Assembly (NCBI RefSeq): GCF_009914755.1
Contig: NC_060939.1
DNA from: the human T2T-CHM13v2.0 reference genome, Homo sapiens
Strand: one strand, 5' to 3'
DNA length: 64,000 bases
Shown here piece by piece: positions 12,381 to 28,150 of the stretch. A program made the position numbers and the translations under genes. The notes beneath the pieces are model-generated. The model was not told the origin of the DNA, searched no databases, and saw nothing but the letters and a program-made list of their open reading frames with translations. The stretch's first letter is position 1; each line of letters begins with the position of its first letter.

Positions 12381-13823
12381 CAGCATTTTAGATCGCTGGG
12401 AGTTGTTTAAGAATATGATGATGTGGAAAACAATACCACTCTCCATTGTCACCAGATAAGCCATTTCTTACCCTCCTTTAATTTGTTCAATGCATTCTGC
12501 AAATACCCACCAACAAAAGATGATCACAGTGTTGAGTGTATCGACCCAGCACTGGGCCTTCTTGGGCCGTAATCGCCACCTGCCCCGTGCGTGCCACACC
12601 TTGACTCACGACAGGGTTTAGACCACAGCGCTTCTAAACGTAGGACAGCATGCAGTCAAAGCAATGCGTCTGACGGAGTTACCCTGCAGGAGATGAAGCA
12701 AAACAACTTTGATTTCACATTTCCTCTATAAAACATAAGCACAGCTTGATTCAGGAGAGACCCGAAGTGAATGTGGATGATGGTGTGGCACTAAGAGAAA
12801 GGGAAGAGGGACTGCTTAGCACCCCGTGCAGAGATGGGATGGTTTGGAACTATAATCTTGTTGCAGCCTTGTCCAGGGTTTGGCACAAATGAAGGCCAAG
12901 AATAGGACATTTGAAACTATTTCTAATGATCAGCAGGGGAGTTCAGCTTTGAAAAATTGCTGTGTTGCTTGGAAACCTTGAGATCATTCCTTTTCCAATA
13001 TGACAGAAGCAGTGTATTGTTTTCTCAGCTGAAAGACAGTTTACAAAAATGGTTTACAGCTATTGATAAAACATTATCTACTTGATAAAAAAATAGTTCC
13101 ACATCTCACTTATTTGGATATCTAAGATGAAAGAAAATGGATTTGTATCCTCTGCCTGTATTTATATAACTTAATGTAACTGTGTGTGCTTAACTGAAGG
13201 AGTAACAGGGAAGTTTTACAAGTTTTGATGATAGAACTCAAGATACTAAGTTACAAAGATAATTTTTCTTTATTCTGTCTTTAGTTATTTTGTTATTACC
13301 TGTTAAATGAAACAAAGGGTCAGCCATCATATGGCCCACTGGATCTCATGACTTCTCTTGTATACCCCTGACAAATAGTGTTCCACGCTTTGTAATGTAT
13401 TTCCTGAAGACCATGGCTGATTTGATGGATATTTCCTTATCTTGCAGAAGAACTCTGATTCCTGAGTGACAGTCAGCATTCTGAATCACATTTGAAAAGA
13501 CTGAGTGATTTGCATATGGCCTATAAAAGATCATCAGTGTGGGAGTAAAACCCTGAACTAGCCCTGTTTCCCCAGTGCTTGGTCTCTCACTGTCCTGAGC
13601 GAGTATCTTACACTAAATGATTAGATGTGATCTTTAAGTCCCATTCATCCAGCTATGCCTAGAGCACCTCATGCTGCTTTTCAGTTGTGTATCTGCAAGG
13701 CAAGGGGTTGATTCATTCTGACCCATCAACTGTTGGAAGTAAAGGATCGCATTCAAGCACAGTATTTCTCTTCTTTTGCAGATGTGGCCTTTTAAAAACG
13801 TCATCATTTGTAGTTATTATAAA

Positions 13824-14120
<297 letters not shown>

Positions 14121-15912
14121 TATAAATATATTTTAAATGTTGATTCCAGTATCTTGAAAATCTCACTCGGAACCTTTATGTTTCCTGTTTATTAGAGCAC
14201 TGTTTTGAATTAAAAGTGTAATGTTATGTTGCATTAAGAAGTAATGAAGTGATTCACTTTTCTGTGAAACGGTAGTTTATGAATGAGAACAGAGATGGCT
14301 GAATTTGGACAATGACATTCAGTTTAAGTTGAGACATTTGGTTATGTGATGAGTAGACTGACACAGAAGTACTCCAGCTGCAGAGATTTCCTATTTTATC
14401 TGGCAAATGTAGTCATATTTTTCTTGCTGCTCAGTTTTGAGTTAATGTTGCTTTCCTTCCTCTGATAGTTTTAGGTCAGGTCACTTCTTAGTTTTCTTTT
14501 TCTTTACCAGAAAAAAACACTTGTGGGGCATGGACTTACTGTACATGACCATTTTAGATTTCTCTAGAGAGCTTCTAGATTTTCCCTCTCTTAATTCTGG
14601 TCACTTAACCCTTTAGTGAGGTACATGCCTGTGTACAAGGTGTAGGCTCAGCCTCATGAGGTTGTTTTAGTGTGCTGATTTTAGAGTTCCCAAATGGCTT
14701 ATTTTCTCTGCCTTACCTGGGTAGAAATATAGCTTATCATTTTGGAAGAATGCCTCATTAGTTGGCTACAGCCATTTCCCATCTTGGGTAGCGCCAGAGA
14801 ACAAATTACATTTCTTCCTGGTTTAACTGGCGCTCTTAAGTCATTTGCTATGAGTCCACTGGGCAGAGAGTTCCTTGAAGACAGACACTGGGTCTTGTTT
14901 GCCTGACCCTTGAACAGTATTTGCCAGCAGAATCCATTTTCTAGGGCCTCAGTGGCATGTGGCATTTGGTCCCTAGCGTGTTAACTTTGTTCCTTCAAGG
15001 CTCCAAGGAAACGGGGGCCAGGTCGTTCATAGCTTTAAGTCTCAGGTAAGTATGTCCCTCCTAATTCCTGCCACTGTTGCCTTTGGCTCTTCCTTCTTCC
15101 CTCCGCCGCCTCCCTTCAGCCTCCCTGCTGTCAGCGTCACCTGGCAGTGGAACCTAGCTACTGGTCTCGTATGGGCACTAAGACCTTCAGCAGAGACCAC
15201 TGGATTCTGGTTGCCAGGAATTGTATCAGTCAGGATTCTCCCTCCCTGAGCCCCCATGGCGCTACGAGCCCCCAAAGGAGGCAGGGCAAGCCACACTCTG
15301 GATGGCTGACTCAGAGCTGCCCCCAGGCACCTGCGGCTCGCTGGAGTATCCGTGCAGGCTCCAGCTGTGCTTGGACAGCACTCTCCGTGAAGCTGGATGG
15401 GGACTGACATGCAGCCCCCGCCCCATCTCTACTCCATGTTGCTTTTTCTCCAGTGTTTCATATACGTCATGGGTGGTATCATTCTTACATAGGAAAGCCC
15501 TGGCCGACTCGGTCCTTGTTTGACCATTTCTGCCCTCTTTAGTACCTGCCTGGCACGGTGCCTTTCACACTGTGGATACTCCCACAGATTTTCAAGTGAA
15601 TCCTTGTCCAAACCCTTCCTTGGGCAGGTGGGAAAGCCAGGCCTTCTTACGCTCCTAGCTGGTCCTCACCATCCCTGAATTGGTGTCACTCCTCTCCTGC
15701 TGGATCAGTTGTTTTCCACGGAATGGAAATCATCCCGTAATGAAGACAGAAATAAGAGAGTGAGACCCGTTTTGGCAGAAGTTGGCAAGGCTTAGGATTT
15801 CACATGTTATGCTTCCTGGATTTAAAGCCCACACATCTATAAAATGCCTGTAATTTCCTATAAAATGTGACCCAAGAGTTCAGCTTTAGCCTCCACCATG
15901 CCTTTCGTATAA

Positions 15913-16218
<306 letters not shown>

Positions 16219-17543
16219 GTCTTTCGGATAATCTTGACTAAAAGGAAACGTCTTGGGTTCTAGGACTCCCTTAGGAACTCCATGTGTCCTTCGCCGGCCT
16301 CAGGAGTGTGGCAGTAAGAGTTACTTCCTAGGCAAGGATGCTGCCGCTCTCAGCTCTGCCTGTCCACTGTTGATGAGGTGGGCAGGATAACTGAACACAT
16401 AAGCCTGCACACACAGGCCAGTGGCATGCATACTTGGCTTGCTTTTTCTTTTAGCTTTCATGACAGGCAGCTAAGAGATTGATATACTGCCATCCTTTCA
16501 TCATTTTTTACGATCCCTCACATTTATAACACACGCTTCCACTGAAAAGAGAAAAAGAGACTTGGGGAGGAGTAGAGAGAAGAACTTGGATATTTCATCT
16601 TAAAATAAAGTTGAAATAAATATCCTTGTATCTGATAGCACCCGTTGGGTGGTTGTATACATTTTACAGTTGACATTTACTTATGTGGAGTCTTCTCCTG
16701 ACGTTTCTATAAGAAGCTGATAAATTATCAGTTTGTGAAATCATTAGGCAAGTAAAAAGTAAGATTGCCAATTTCAGTGTGCTGATTTCAAGACTCATGT
16801 CATTAGAGTTTATCCTAATTTATCAGCCTTTGAGACTAAGATAGTGATGCTTTATCCCAGAACTGTTGACTCAAATATACTATATGTAGAGCATCTTCAG
16901 GTTCTGTGTTTAAAATTACAGTGCACATGTCAATGACAAGGTGATCATGTCTCTTTTGCAACTTCCTGTCAAACCTAATACCAGGTAGATTTGAAAGTCA
17001 CCACCCCCACCACCCCAGCCTCCCAGCCCCATCCCTGGCAGGTGTTTCTAGGGCATGAGGTGTAGTGGCTCAGCCCTCGCCTGCTGGGGTAATACCAGTG
17101 GAGTAGAGATGAACAGCCCTTGCCTCCTACCTATCCTTGTCAGGAGAGCCTTCCCTGAGAGGAATGGAGCGGGACACACAGCAGCAGTCCAACGACAGAT
17201 TCTAAGGTGGGCCTGGCGCCTGGGATGGAGACAGGCAGCGGTGACAGCAGCAGCATCCTTACCCAGGAGCCCCTCAAAGATGAGGGCACAGCATCTTGTC
17301 TGGGGCCAGGAGAGCTCTGCCACCATGCCCTGCCTGCACTGGAGGCCTAGAAAGCAGCTGCTGCTTTGCTACAACCTGTTCAGGACTCATCTTTAGTCCT
17401 GCTTCTTGTGAAGTCTGTTCTCAGGATACATTTGTCCTATAATGTGTAAATGACATAAGCTTACCACCCACCGCAAGGGGTGTGTGCGTTTACATTAAAG
17501 CCTTAGATGAATGGGGATGAGGTTCTGGTACAAGGCATGCTGG

Positions 17544-17841
17544 TGCCGGGTGCAGTGGCTCACACCTGTAATCCCAGCATTTTGGGAGGCTGAGGCGGGC
17601 AGATCGCTTGAGGTCAGGAGTTTGAGACCAGCCTGGCCAACATGGTGAAACCCCATCTCTACTAAAAATATAAAAAGTTGCCGGGTATGGTGGTGGGTGC
17701 CTGTAATCCCAGCTATTAGGGAGGCTGAGGCTGCAAGAATCACTTGAACCCAGAAGGTGGAGGTTGTAGTGAGCTGAGATGGCGCCACTGCACTCCAGCC
17801 TGGGCAACAGAGCGAGACTCTGTCTCAAATAAAACAAAAAA
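17544..17841 (+). mobile_element. AluS
   Basis: Dimeric Alu, TSD aa(g/a)gcatgctgg. Confidence 0.95.
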
Positions 17842-18720
17842 GCATGCTGGGGAGGAAACTATAGCTCTGCCTCATCCACATCCACGGAGGGAAGGCTGGG
17901 CCTGTAGCTCCTCTTCAGAGAGATCAGCTACAATTGTGCAGGCCAAGGCGGGCTTCATTGTTCACGGCCTGTGGATTTACAGTAACCTATGCTCGAATTT
18001 TCTAGACTTTCCATCCCTTTCATCCCACCAGAGGAGGTGGCAGAGAGGCCGGTGCCCAGGCAGGAGTGTAGTCTGTGAGTCTGCGGGCTGGGGAGAACAA
18101 AGGACAAGTTTCCATCCTGCTGCACACCCAGTCTGTACCCAGGACAGCAGTGGCCTCTAAGGCCAGCTTCTTTGGGCGTTCCTGTTCCAGTTGGGAGGGT
18201 GCCCTTTCCCTCCACCTTCCTTGCCTTTGGGTCTGTCTGTGTCCTTGGGAAACTCCTGGTTGGAAGGGTTGCCCCACAATTCCTCTTTGTAATGAGGAAA
18301 CTGGTTTGTCTGCCACTTTGGAAGCCCCCTGGAAGGCAGGGATCTGGCCTTAGGCTTGCGGCCCAGCAAAGAGCACGGCGCTGTGTGTGGTCCCTGACTG
18401 GCAGATGTTTGGTGAGTGAGGGCAGGCCCCTGGTCCTAACCCTGGTGCCAGGGAGAGAACTGGAAAGGAATCAGTGATTTGTTCATGTACGCACTCCTAA
18501 CCTACATCCTTCCCATGCGTCCTGACCACCGCCCCCTCCCCACCCCACAGTGGGTGTTCCGGTCATTTCCACAGGTGAAGAGGTGGAGGGGTGTCTTCCC
18601 TTCTCTGCCCACTTCCTCAGGGCCCCTCACTGGGACGGCTTCCCCAGGCTCCTGAGCTGGCGTAGCTCACCCTCCTGGCTCCCCATGGGCCTGTTTTGTG
18701 ACATGTGTCCTGCTCTCCTG

Positions 18721-18721
<1 letters not shown>

Positions 18722-18756
<35 letters not shown>

Positions 18757-18807
18757 TCATTGTGTGTGTGTGTGTATGTTCATTGTGTGTGTGTGTGTGT
18801 ATGTTCA

Positions 18808-18855
<48 letters not shown>

Positions 18856-18858
18856 CAT
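18722..18858. repeat. Compound (TG)n microsatellite with recurring ATGTTCAT interruptions
   Basis: Four TG runs separated by atgttcat at 18753, 18776 and 18801, ending gttcat. Confidence 0.95.
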
Positions 18859-19791
18859 GCTCCTCGGGGCTCCAAATTCAGGGCTGGGAAGCCTCTCTGA
18901 GGGGAGACACATGACCCTTCCCAGGAAGCAGGTCTGTGGCGTTGTCACCATGTCCAAGGGGCCTGTGATCTCAGCAGTGTTAAGCCGCCGCACATGGGTG
19001 CCCCTGTGATAGTTCCCGAGCATCTGCCTGCTCTGCTGAGCTTGCCGACGTCGGGTGACTTGAGTGTACCACACAGGGCCTGCCATCTCCTGCCTTCTGG
19101 ACCTCAGGTCCCCACCCCGAGGCCCTGCCTCAGGCTGGGTGGGTTTGGAGACCTTGGGCCATGTGGGTTCAGAGGCCTCAGGCTGAGTGAGTTCGGAGGC
19201 TGCCCCCGTGTTCCCCGAGTTCTCCCCCAGCTCTCTTTATGCTTCTTCACTGAACTCCACATGGGCCCTGTTTTAGATGTGCAGAGAGAGTCTGTCAGCA
19301 CTCAGGAGGGGGCCTCCAGGCGGGGAGCGAACATCAAGACTGAAAGAGCCTGGAGGGCTCCCCGCTGGTGGCGATGCTGGGCTTGACCCTGGGGCTGCGT
19401 TGCTGCCGGTCCACTGTGCCCTCCTTTGCCCCGACGACTTGCAGGCCCCTATGTTGCAATAACCAGGCTGGCTTCCTCTGCAGAAAGGCCTTTGAAGGGA
19501 GACTCTCACAGCTGTGAGGGGATGCAACAGCGACGTCGAGTGTCTTGGTGATGAGCTGTGACATTCTGGTCACCAGGGTGTGCTCACCTGCCTGGAAGGA
19601 GCCCCCACCCCCAGGAGAGCCACTATGTAACCGATGCCAGGCCCTGCAGTGACTGGTGGCCGGGCAGGGTGGGGATGCCGGCACCTGAGTTCGGTTGCTG
19701 CCTCATCCGTGAGCCGGGCTGGCTCCCAGGTGTTGAAGTCCTCGTGGCATGCACTTCTGGACAGCTTTGTGCCTTGAGATAAAAAAGCACA

Positions 19792-20083
19792 GGCCGGGCG
19801 CTGTGGCTCACACCTGTAATCCTAGCACTTTGGGAGGCGGAGGCAGGTGGATTGCCTGAGCTCAGGAGTTCGAGACCAGCCTGGGCAGCACGGTGAAACC
19901 TTGTCTCTACTAAAATAGAAAAAATTAGCCGGGCTTGGCGGTGTGCGCCTATAGTCCCAGCTACTCCAGAGGCTGAGGCAGGAGAATTGCTAGAACCCGC
20001 GAGGCGGAGGTTGCAAGTGAGCCGAGATCGTGCCACTGCACTCCAGCCTGGGCGACAGAGCGAGACTCCGTCTCTAAAAAAAA
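19792..20083 (+). mobile_element. AluS, CpG-rich
   Basis: Dimeric Alu, TSD-like aaaaagca. Confidence 0.95.
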
Positions 20084-20781
20084 TTTTTAAAAAGCATGTA
20101 TATAGGCTCCGCGTGAAAACATCCAAACCGTGTGTTATATGAGGAGCCTTTGAGAATTCTGTAGAAACACTTACTCATGAAGCCTATAATTAAGTAACTT
20201 TGGCTAGCTTCATGGAAATGCTTGATGTTTAGGAAGTTATTAGAGGGTTCAAAAAAAAAAAACCCTACCCTGAGATTAACCGATACCATTACTTCCTACT
20301 CCATCTAACAATTATTTAATTAAAAAGTACTCTAATCACCTTGTGTTTTAGTGGGCAGTAATAAAAAGCCTGCTTAGTAGAAGCTCATCTTTGCATGACA
20401 TGCACTTTGAGAGATTTTTCAGGTCAGAGTCTATCCCCTGGAAGTGATACAGACCCTGAGAGGAGTCCCACGGTGCTTCTAACTCAAGCCTAACCCCCGT
20501 TCGGTTCTGCCCTGGTGTTTCTTACTGCACATGTTCACGAAATCCCAGGAGGGTTTAGAAATGACCCTGGTGAGTGCCGCTAGCTCATTCGACACATACT
20601 TTTTGAGCACCTATGCTGAAGGACCAGATTTGTGCCAGCACTTGGAAGGAGCCCGCGTGGGAGCCCAGATGGTGGGCGAGAGGACAGAAGCAGGGCTGGC
20701 ACGGGAAGATTGGGCTGGGTGGAGATCAGGGCTGGGGCTGTGCGGAGCCGGGGACTTCTACTTTCCAGATTCAAAACGTAC

Positions 20782-20862
20782 GCCATCCCTGGGGTGTGGA
20801 ATTACGGTGCCATCCCTGGGGTGTGGAATTACGGTGCCATCCCTGGGGTGTGGAATTACGGT
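20782..20862. repeat. Minisatellite, 3 perfect copies of 27 bp GCCATCCCTGGGGTGTGGAATTACGGT
   Basis: Units 20782-20808, 20809-20835 and 20836-20862 are identical. Confidence 0.95.
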
Positions 20863-20879
20863 ACTCTCTGCATTAGTGC

Positions 20880-21517
<638 letters not shown>

Positions 21518-22271
21518 TTAGAAAAGCCACCTATCTGCTTATCCATGAGATGTAAGTAAAGATGCAGTGATTTTTCAGAACCCACACGTGAAACTGAGTC
21601 TTTGTATTTTATGGGCCGGCCTTGAATAGTTCTGCATGTGTTATGTGAACAAAGACTACAAATCTCTCCGGCTACACTACAAGCTGGCTCGACATCGAGA
21701 CCTTCATGTCTCCAATTATCTTTTGCAACTACTTAATTTCAGTTGGGCACAGACAAAACCAGTAGCCTGTAGTTCTGTTATCCTGCTGTTAATGTTCTTC
21801 AGTCTCATTTGGTGGCTTGTAAATAATAATGTGTGCCAAACGTGAATAATGACAGCCCTAGCCTGCTCCAGGGTGGGAGAGACGATGACTCTAGCTGCCT
21901 CAGCCAGCATGTGCCTTGGCACTGCCCGTCAGGCGGCCTGCCAATGAAGTGTCTCTAAGAAGCATGGGTAGCATTGCCCCAATTGCCGATCGCAGATAGA
22001 AAACACCTTGCCAGCTCCAGCTGGCTGCAGCCTGACCAACCCACCCCGTAACCCCTGAACAGTAAAAGAAACCATGGCACCTACGAATCCTTTCCCAGCC
22101 ACTCAATGCAGCTGAGCTTCTTGCGGGGGCATTAAGAAAAATAAATCAGCCAGGAGGTGAGCATAGCCTCACATCAGATGCTGCTGCTACTGTGGGTCCT
22201 GGAGCCACTGGTGGGACCACCGACATGGAGTCATCTCTGCATGGAATCTGCCTACTAAAACAGAGGTGGTC

Positions 22272-22645
<374 letters not shown>

Positions 22646-25600
22646 CCCCTTTGAAAGTAGAAAAACAGACCACTCTGAAGGAAAAAGGACATCCGAAGTT
22701 TCTCTTCAAAATACAGTCATCTACTACAGACAGCCCAGGGCTGGGTCCAGCCTGCCCTGCTCCAAAGCCTGGCCAGTTTTATAGCCCCTCTTAATGAGAA
22801 CACAGCCTGTCAAGATGTAAGGGAGAGGGGGTTCAGGAATCTTTCATCAGGCAAATGTGCTTAACAAAATATTTAGGATCTTTGAATCCTCACAGAGATT
22901 TCAATGGTCATATTTTCCAACCTCTATATCTACTAACTTGCCTAACAATATTTTTCTAGGGGGAAATGCTGCTAGATCCCTGGCCTACTGGTTCAGGACC
23001 CCAGACAAGTCCTGGCTTGCCATGATATTGATTTTATTTGACTGTTTTGGGTTGGGAGGGAGAAAGTGAGTTTGATGAAATGTACATGTTTTGGAAGTAA
23101 GTACATGACTGTGTTATTTTTCTCTGAGCCTTCATTTTAATTTTTTTTTCAAAAATGAAAAAGGAAAATTGTCTTCTTACCCACTCAATTGTTTTTTGTG
23201 GGCTGAGTCTATTTTTTCCTCAGTTTTTGAGTTTCAGCACAGAGGTTGGTGCATTGCAAGTGTTGACCCCTTACTTAGAAGTTTTATTCTGTTTTGGTGG
23301 AAAAAACAGACTCCTAAAGTTCATCAGTTAGGTTGGTTATTGACATGGAGAGATTCCTTTCTTTCTTTCTTTCAACTGTTATGTCCAATGCTTCCTATAT
23401 CTGATGCACGGTAGTCCGTCCTGGAGGAGGAATGGGATCAGGAACCCACCTTCCAAATGTTTAGACCCCTGGAGAATAAAGAAGATAAACAAGAATTATT
23501 AATGCAGTAACACGAAAGCGAGGCTGCCGAAGAATTCGAGATGAACAGCTTCTGCAGTGCGCTCATGAGACCAGGCTCCATTTTCTTCCTGATTAGCTTG
23601 CTAAATAGACAGAAGAGCCTAACCTGGCCTCACGCAGGCTGACACTGAAGGCTGGCTGTGCTGGTAACTGGTGGTATGACTCTGGCTGCGTCATTTGCCC
23701 AGGGTTAGAGGCATGAGCCGAGGGCTCCTTCAGCTGCCACCCACTGTGATCCTCACATCACAGAGAAGCCAGCAGGGGGAGAAACCAGGAACTCAGGGCA
23801 ACAGATGGAGCCAGGAGCCCCACATCCGTTGCCTGTTACCACGCTCCCCTCTCCACCCACCCTCTCACCATGGCTTATTAGAGGTGGCTTATGAAAAGGC
23901 TGGAATCCATGCTCCAGGGCCCGTCTTGCTCTGGTGGAGGGTTTAGCACCATGAAACTCACTTTGTAAAAGTGCACCAGCTGTGAGAAATAAGCTTAAGC
24001 CTCGGTAATCACTTTTTCACTTTTACCAATTACTCTCGGCTGCTTTGTGGCAGAAGTTAATGCCGAGTAAGAATTTTCAAGAAGCCTCATTTTCCTTGTC
24101 TAATTAAATTAAATACTTGAAAGGTGATTTGCATCTTGATTTTCCCCCCATTTAGTTAACTGAAAATTACAGGGTCTTTCAGGAGTTTGAGTCACCTGAT
24201 TCGCAGGCTGAGCCTCTGGGGTCAGGGAGCCCTCACCCTGGGACCCTCTCCTGCCAGCATCCCACCCACCGGTTTTTTGTGTGCAGCTGTCCATGGTGGG
24301 GCCCTTGGACCAACACTACCCAGGAGAATTTAGGGAGGGCACGCCTTGTTAGTTTTCTAATACTGTCCAAAAATCAGCACAGGATGCCTTTGTCTCCAGG
24401 CTTTTAATACTCCCAACATGAAGCGGGTCTTTCTAGGGTGAGAAAACACAGGACAGTCTCTTCCCATCCAGTTATTTTTGTTGCAAACCAGTAACAGAAT
24501 TCGCCTGGACTGAATTCATCGAGCCAGCGTCTCTAATCTTCCTCTGTAGTAAAGATCTGGACTATTTAACCGCTAGAATTCCTGGCAAGTTATTTCAATG
24601 GAGACAACAGGATGCTGAAATTTGAGACTTACCGTACTGTACTTTCTGTTTTTTCCCCTTTCTGCCCTTTGTCTCTGAGATAACACACATGCATTGGAAA
24701 CTCTAACGTGCTCTGCAGAAGTATTTCCTTGGACATAGGAGAGGCGTTGGGGGCATCAGGGAGCCCGGCCGATGCATCGTGTGTGAGTGAGTGCGTGAGT
24801 TTCCCTGAACATCTGAAGAGTCATCCTCTGTCAAGTGACTTTGTCTTGTGTAGGTTTCATGTTTGAACCAAATTATTCAGCAGTATTCCTGCTCTAAGTC
24901 ACCTCCCCAATGCATATAATTACTGGGTGCATCTTTTGAAAAGTCCTTTTTTATTTCAAAATGAGCATATACCCTTAAAACATAATCAGTGAACAAATAC
25001 CTTAGGTAAAACGTGAAAGCCTGTTCTTCCTTCCCAGTGCTAACCATGCAGTGTGGGTTCTTCCAGCTCTTTCTCTGTGCATCTATCTGCATGGAGTTTA
25101 CAAAAATGATCTCTCTGCAGCTTACATGTTTCTACTCGCAGAAACCCTTTCATGTTACCATGTGCAGATATAATGAATTCTTGTTGTTGGCTAAATAATA
25201 TTCCACATTCAATTTTTCTTCCAGCCAACATAAAGAGCCTTCCACATGGCCAGGTGCTTCTCCAGAAATACAACAGGAACAGGTTCTATTCTACTGTCTT
25301 TCTCTTGCTGATTTTTTTTTCTGGAATCTAAAGTATTTAACCTACTTCCCAATCACCTTATTATCATCAAGTGCTTTTATTTTTTCAGGCTGAAATTTGC
25401 TTGATGTGTATCTGTTGATTGTCCATTTACATAAAAATATAAACTCCATTAGAGCCATGATGTTGCCTGTCTTTACTGATAAACCCTCTCCACTAAAACA
25501 GTATTCGGCATGTGCCAGTAACTTAAAAACTATGGATTCTATGCATGGATGGATGGATGGATGAATTGTCTATGGATAAAGGCAGTTGGGGAAGAAGTCG

Positions 25601-26009
25601 AACTGCTCATTGATGACCTTGATTGGGTTTTCTTAAACTTCCAACTCAATTCTACCTACTTTAGACAGTTAAATGGAGACATGACTGACTCTTATGTATA
25701 TTCATTTTATCTTTATATGTGCGTGTGTTTACCCATTCTTTTGTTAAAATATTAACTACTTCCATACAGATGGGCAAACAGGCATTCCCTGAGACCTCCT
25801 GGATCTTAGATACCTCACCCAGATCCAGGAACTCCAGAACTGGCCCTTGCCCCAGCAGGTGGGCTCTCTGGCACCTGGCTTCTATGCAAGGACCAGTGTC
25901 AGCTGAGACTGGCAGAGCCCTTGTCTGGAAAGTTGTTCGGTGTTTTTGATATCACCCCTGCCTTCATAGACTTGATAATATTCTGGTTTACTCTTTCAAG
26001 AGGATCATT

Positions 26010-26790
<781 letters not shown>

Positions 26791-26960
26791 CGGTATAATT
26801 CTTTTAGTTCAGCATCCAGAGGACTGAAGACCAATGTGAGAACATTTTCTCATCATTCATATAACCAAGTACAGGAACTGGGCAGTATTTGATTTTCCTT
26901 GATTTTTGAGCTATCATCATCGGTGCGTATATGGATGGCTCTCTTCCATTTTCAACTGAG

Positions 26961-27018
26961 CCTCCCACCTTGGCCTCTCAAAGTGCTGGGTTACAGGTGT
27001 GAGCCACTGCACCTGGCC
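26961..27018 (-). mobile_element. Alu 5' fragment (~58 bp)
   Basis: cctcccaccttggcctctcaaagtgctgggttacaggtgtgagccactgcacctggcc. Confidence 0.85.
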
Positions 27019-27374
27019 TACCCTGCATTTTGATTTTACAATGCTCTTGTTTCCTCTTTTCATGCCTAGTAGTTTTATCATGCATACTTGTTGGCCGGCA
27101 GTATGTTCTCCATTATGCTTTTCAGAAGACAAAGTAGTGGAGTACATGGCTTTTAATTAGAATAGATTTTTCCCTAACTTAATTTTATGTTTTAGTTTTA
27201 AAACTATTTTTGTTCTTTTGGTTTTCTTTTTCTTTGTTTTCTTTCCCCAGCTGTTTAATATGAAAGCATTTGTGGTTTCCACATTTGCGAAGATGTTAAC
27301 ATCACTGAGTTATCTTTGTGTGTACATGGACGCCTATATATCTTTTTTTCTGTGCTATTTAAAACTAAGTTATT

Positions 27375-27663
27375 GGTTGGGCATAGTGGTTTATACCTGT
27401 ACTCCTAGGACTTTGGGAGGCTGTGGTGGGAGGGTCACTTGAGCCCAGGAGTTAGAGCCCAACCGGGGCAATCTAGCAAGACTCTACCTCTACAAAAAAT
27501 TTAAAATAATAGCAGTAGTCCCAGCAACTTGGGAGGCTGAGGTGGGAGGATCACTTGAGCTCCGGAGGTTGAAGTTGCAGTGAACCATGACTGTGCACTG
27601 TGCTCTAGCCTGGATGGCAGGCTGAGAACTTGTCTCTGAAAATAAATAAATAAATAAATAAAA
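27375..27663 (+). mobile_element. AluJ with internal deletion
   Basis: AluJ-type cacttgagcccaggagtt; start of right arm missing; (TAAA)n tail. Confidence 0.85.
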
Positions 27664-27669
27664 CGAAGG

Positions 27670-28150
27670 TGTAGACATTATGATACTTCGCTTGCATCCA
27701 AAAATACATTCTTCAATATAACCAGAATACTGATATCATTCATAAGAAAACAATGGTAATTTCAAAGTCTAATACAGAGTTCTTATTCAGATTTCCCCAG
27801 TTGCCACAAGAATATCTGTTATAACTGTTTTGATTTACTTTTTAAAACCAGGATTGAATCTTGGTTTACACGTTGCATTTGGTTGTGTCCCTTTGATCTT
27901 TCATTCCAGAATAATGCATGCTACCTAAAAAAAAAAAAAAAATCTCAGGAGTTGACTAAAGAGTCCAGAAAATTTGTCTTAGAGAATATCCCATATTCTG
28001 GATTTGCATGCCTGTTTATCCCTGGTGTCACTTAGCTTGTTCCTCTACTTTTGGTATATCCGGTAAACTGGAAGTAAGTTTGGCAGCAGGCTGGGTCCAG
28101 GGTCAGCGTTTTTGGCAGGTATGTTTCATAGATGATGCTGTGTGCTAGGA
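27670..28150 (-). mobile_element. Old L1MC/ME 3' fragment
   Basis: ttattcagatttccccagttgcc...aaccaggattgaatc...ttgcatttggttg...agaatatcccatattctggatttg. Confidence 0.5.

Noticed and set aside
18550-19086. Cys/Val- and His/Thr-rich ORFs
   Set aside because: These are translations of the (TG)n/(CA)n microsatellite.
20782-20862. 27-bp direct repeats as a CRISPR array
   Set aside because: Units are head-to-tail with no spacers, there are no cas genes and the context is primate; it is a minisatellite.
23769-25862. CTCF-like cores ccagcaggggga (23769) and ccagcaggtggg (25852)
   Set aside because: Both mismatch the conserved C after the GG; not supportable without ChIP data.
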